Below are positions 61,130 through 64,000 of a stretch of DNA of 64,000 nucleotides, piece after piece (positions within the stretch are counted from its first letter, which is position 1; every line of letters begins with the position of its first letter). The stretch lies in assembly GCF_006345805.1 (NCBI RefSeq), contig NC_043002.1:88784001-88848000 (forward strand), read 5' to 3'. Position numbers and translations under genes: made by a program. The stretch comes from Octopus sinensis (Eukaryota). The notes under the pieces are model-generated. The model made no database searches. It saw only the letters and a list, made by a program, of their open reading frames with translations, and was not told where the DNA came from.

Positions 61130-61709
61130 ATACATACATATGTACAATGTATTATAAATAATGTATATATAATAAATATAAATACACTCATGGAGTGGTT
61201 GGCATTAGGAAGGGCATCCAGCTGTAGAGATACTGCCAGATCAGACTGGGCCTGGTGCAGCCTTCTGGCTTCCCAGACCCCAGTCAAACCGTCCAACCCA
61301 TGCTATCATGGAAAGCAGGCGTTAAACGATGATGATGATGATGATGATATATACACATATACATACATATATATACATGCATGCATGCACAAAAATATAT
61401 GTGTGTATGTATGTATTTAAAAAAAGGAATATAAAAGAATATAAAAATATAAATATATAAAAATATAAGATGTAAAACAATTACATATGCACATAATACT
61501 AGATTACCATGGTTTCTTAACAAGGTTTTGTTTTCATCTCCACCCATCTTGCCAAACAAGCATGGTAGGGTTGCCAGTTTAGTCACTGATGACCTAGCTA
61601 TGCAGCAGGTTGTACTGGGTCACATGTTACCTATAGCACCTGTAGCACCTGAGTGACCTGACATTTTTGTTTAATATATTTTTTTATCCTTTAAAAATAC
61701 ATTCTGTTA

Positions 61710-62578
61710 TTCTTTTACTTGTTTCAGTCTTCAGACTGTGGCTATGCACAAGCACCACCTTGGAGAATTTTAGTTAAATGCATCGGCTACAGTACTTATT
61801 TTGCTAAGCACAATACTTATTCTATCAGTCTGTTTTGCTGAACCGCTTAGTTATGGGGGACATAAACACACAACACCATTTGTCAAGCAGTGGACAGTAG
61901 GGGACAAGCACACACACATGCACACACACACACACACATGCACACACACACACATGCACACACACACACATGCACACACACACACACACATGCACACACA
62001 CACACACACACGCATGTACACGCACACACAATACATAATAGGCTGCTTTCAGTTTTCATCAACCAAATCCACTCACAAGGCTTTGGTTGACTCAAGTCTA
62101 TGGTAGAAGACATTTGCCCAAAGTACCACATAATGCGACTGAACCCAGAACCATGTGGTTGGAAAGCAAATGTCTTACCGCACAGCCACACCTGCACCTA
62201 TATATATATATATATATATTTATATATACTCTTTTACTCTTTTAATTGTTTCAGTCATTTGACTGCGGCCATGCTGGAGCACCGCCTTTAGTCGAGCAAA
62301 TCGACCCCGGGACTTATTCTTTTTGGAGACCTAAACACACCAACATCAGTTGTCAAATGATGTTGGGTGGGGACAAACACAGACACACAAACATATACAC
62401 ATACATATACATATATACGACAGGCTTCTTTCAGGTTCCGTCTACCAAATCCACTCACAAGGCATTGGTCGGCCCGGGGCTATAGCAGAAGACACTTGCC
62501 CAAGATGCCACGCAGTGGGACTGAACCCGGAACCATGTGGTTTGGTTAGCAGCTACTTACCACACACCCACTCCTGCG
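61710..62578 (-). mobile_element. Two tandem SINE family B copies
   Basis: 61710-62199 and 62228-62578; the second ends at the gap. Confidence 0.85.
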
Positions 62579-62678
62579 NNNNNNNNNNNNNNNNNNNNNN
62601 NNNNNNNNNNNNNNNNNNNNNNNNNNNNNNNNNNNNNNNNNNNNNNNNNNNNNNNNNNNNNNNNNNNNNNNNNNNNNN
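62579..62678. other. Assembly gap (100 N)
   Basis: run of n. Confidence 1.
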
Positions 62679-63981
62679 TGCAGATACGGTATTTACATCC
62701 ATTATCGAACCTTTTATATTTAATATCAGGCACTTTGCTGCAAAAGCAAAGGTATTTACCTCTATCATAAGAGATCTTTTGTATGCAGATGATTGTGAGC
62801 TAGTAGCACACACAGAGATTGATATGCAACACATTTTGAATGCATTCTCTGATGCTTGCACTGCCTTAGGATTGACAGTCAATTTCAAGAAAACTGTTGT
62901 CATGCATCAACCTGCCCCTGGTAAGCAGTATAGTGTACCAAATATCTATGTGTATGGTAAACGACTTGATGTAGTTGATCAGTTTGTCTACATGGGAAGC
63001 ACTATTAATAGATATAGCAATTTGGATGATGAAATTCCATATAGAATTAGGAAAGCAAGTGTTGCTTTCAGAAGGCAAGAAAAGCGCCTCTGGAGTCGGC
63101 GAGACATATGCAGAAAGACAAAGATAAAGGTATACAAGGCATGTCTGCTCCCTTCTCTTCTCTATGTCTGCAAGATGTGGATCACATATCGATACCATCT
63201 TCAACAACTGGAACATTTCCATCAGATGTGTCTCAGACGGATCTATGGCATTAAGTGGAAGGACCACATCAGTGATCTTGAAATACTGGAAGGCTCTCGG
63301 TGTGAAAATATAGAAGCTCTTGTGTTAAAGCAAAGGCTCAGATGGAGTGGTCATCTGGTCAGGATGAAGGATTGAAGGATGCCAAAACAACTTTTTCATG
63401 GAGAGTTAGCTAAAGGAGAACGACCTCCACATAAACCAAAAAAGAGGTATAAGGACTCGCTGAAGGCTTCCTAAAGAGATGCTTGCATCTCTCCTGACAC
63501 ATGGGAAGGCATAGCTGTTGGTCGCAGCAGGTGGAGAAGGATTGTGCACAAGGGGACAGCCACTTTTGAGAAATCTTGAGTTGCACATGAGAAAGTAAGG
63601 AGGGATGTCAGGAAGGGCATCGCTATTACACTTCCAGATGGGAAGGGTCTTCCTATGATGCTGACATGCAGTGTCTGTGCAAGACCCTGCCTCAGTAAAG
63701 CTGGACTCAAGAGTCATCTTCATAGTCATATAGCGAGACAGATGAGTGACAACCTGGCTACTGGTGGTGGTGTTACACACCATACTAATCATATCTGTCG
63801 GGCATGTGGAAGAGAGTGTAATTTGGCAGGAGGACTTAAACGACATGCAAAGGTACATGAAGCCCAGTTACAATTACAGCCGGCTATTACTCGTAAAGGT
63901 TTTAGTTGCCAATTCTGTACAAGACATTGTAGATCTTTAGCTGGGCTAAAAAGTCACATTTGATCACAGCACCAGTAATAG
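62679..63981 (+). pseudogene. RTE-clade LINE ORF2 C-terminal half ending in three C2H2 zinc fingers
   Basis: DLLYADD, GLTVNFKKT, FVYMGS, LRWSGHLVRM, PKKRYKD; single frame with stops at 63373, 63472, 63577, 63961; fingers CSVC...HLHSH, CRAC...HAKVH, CQFC...HI*SQH. Confidence 0.9.
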
Positions 63982-64000
63982 TTAAGCTTCGTGCAATGGC

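Noticed and set aside
62350-62678. N-terminal part of the 341-aa ORF
   Set aside because: It is antisense SINE B sequence joined to the RT frame only through the 100-N gap.

Overview
AT-rich, repeat-saturated animal genomic DNA. The SINE/LINE families and microsatellite density are most consistent with a coleoid cephalopod, probably Octopus (inference, not a database result). I found no credible host exon, tRNA or rRNA gene; every recognisable protein-coding segment is a decayed transposon. Main contents: (1) a near full-length RTE-clade LINE on the minus strand (~7474-14172) whose 3' end is tandemly amplified, plus about 11 truncated copies or fragments of its (GAT)n-tailed 3' module, one forming a second, oppositely oriented array at 2175-3660; (2) a complete but degenerate Ty3/Gypsy element (50717-54841; 188/187-bp LTRs, ATAAT TSD); (3) an R4/Dong-type LINE fragment in (TAA)n; (4) CR1-group, other RTE and Tc1/mariner relics, including an RTE ending in three C2H2 zinc fingers; (5) a two-unit Helitron nested in a mariner MITE; (6) several fold-back and TTAA-flanked MITEs; (7) three tRNA-headed SINE families (my labels B, C, D); (8) degenerate Penelope-type hammerhead motifs; (9) a 100-N gap at 62579-62678. 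The oddest structure is a ~20-copy 39-43-bp array at 54942-55760. On the minus strand each unit reads like a head-to-tail mini-intron (GTGAGT...CTAAY...CAG), giving a ladder of AG|GT junctions. Coordinates, counts and alignments were read by eye and may be off by a few bases.
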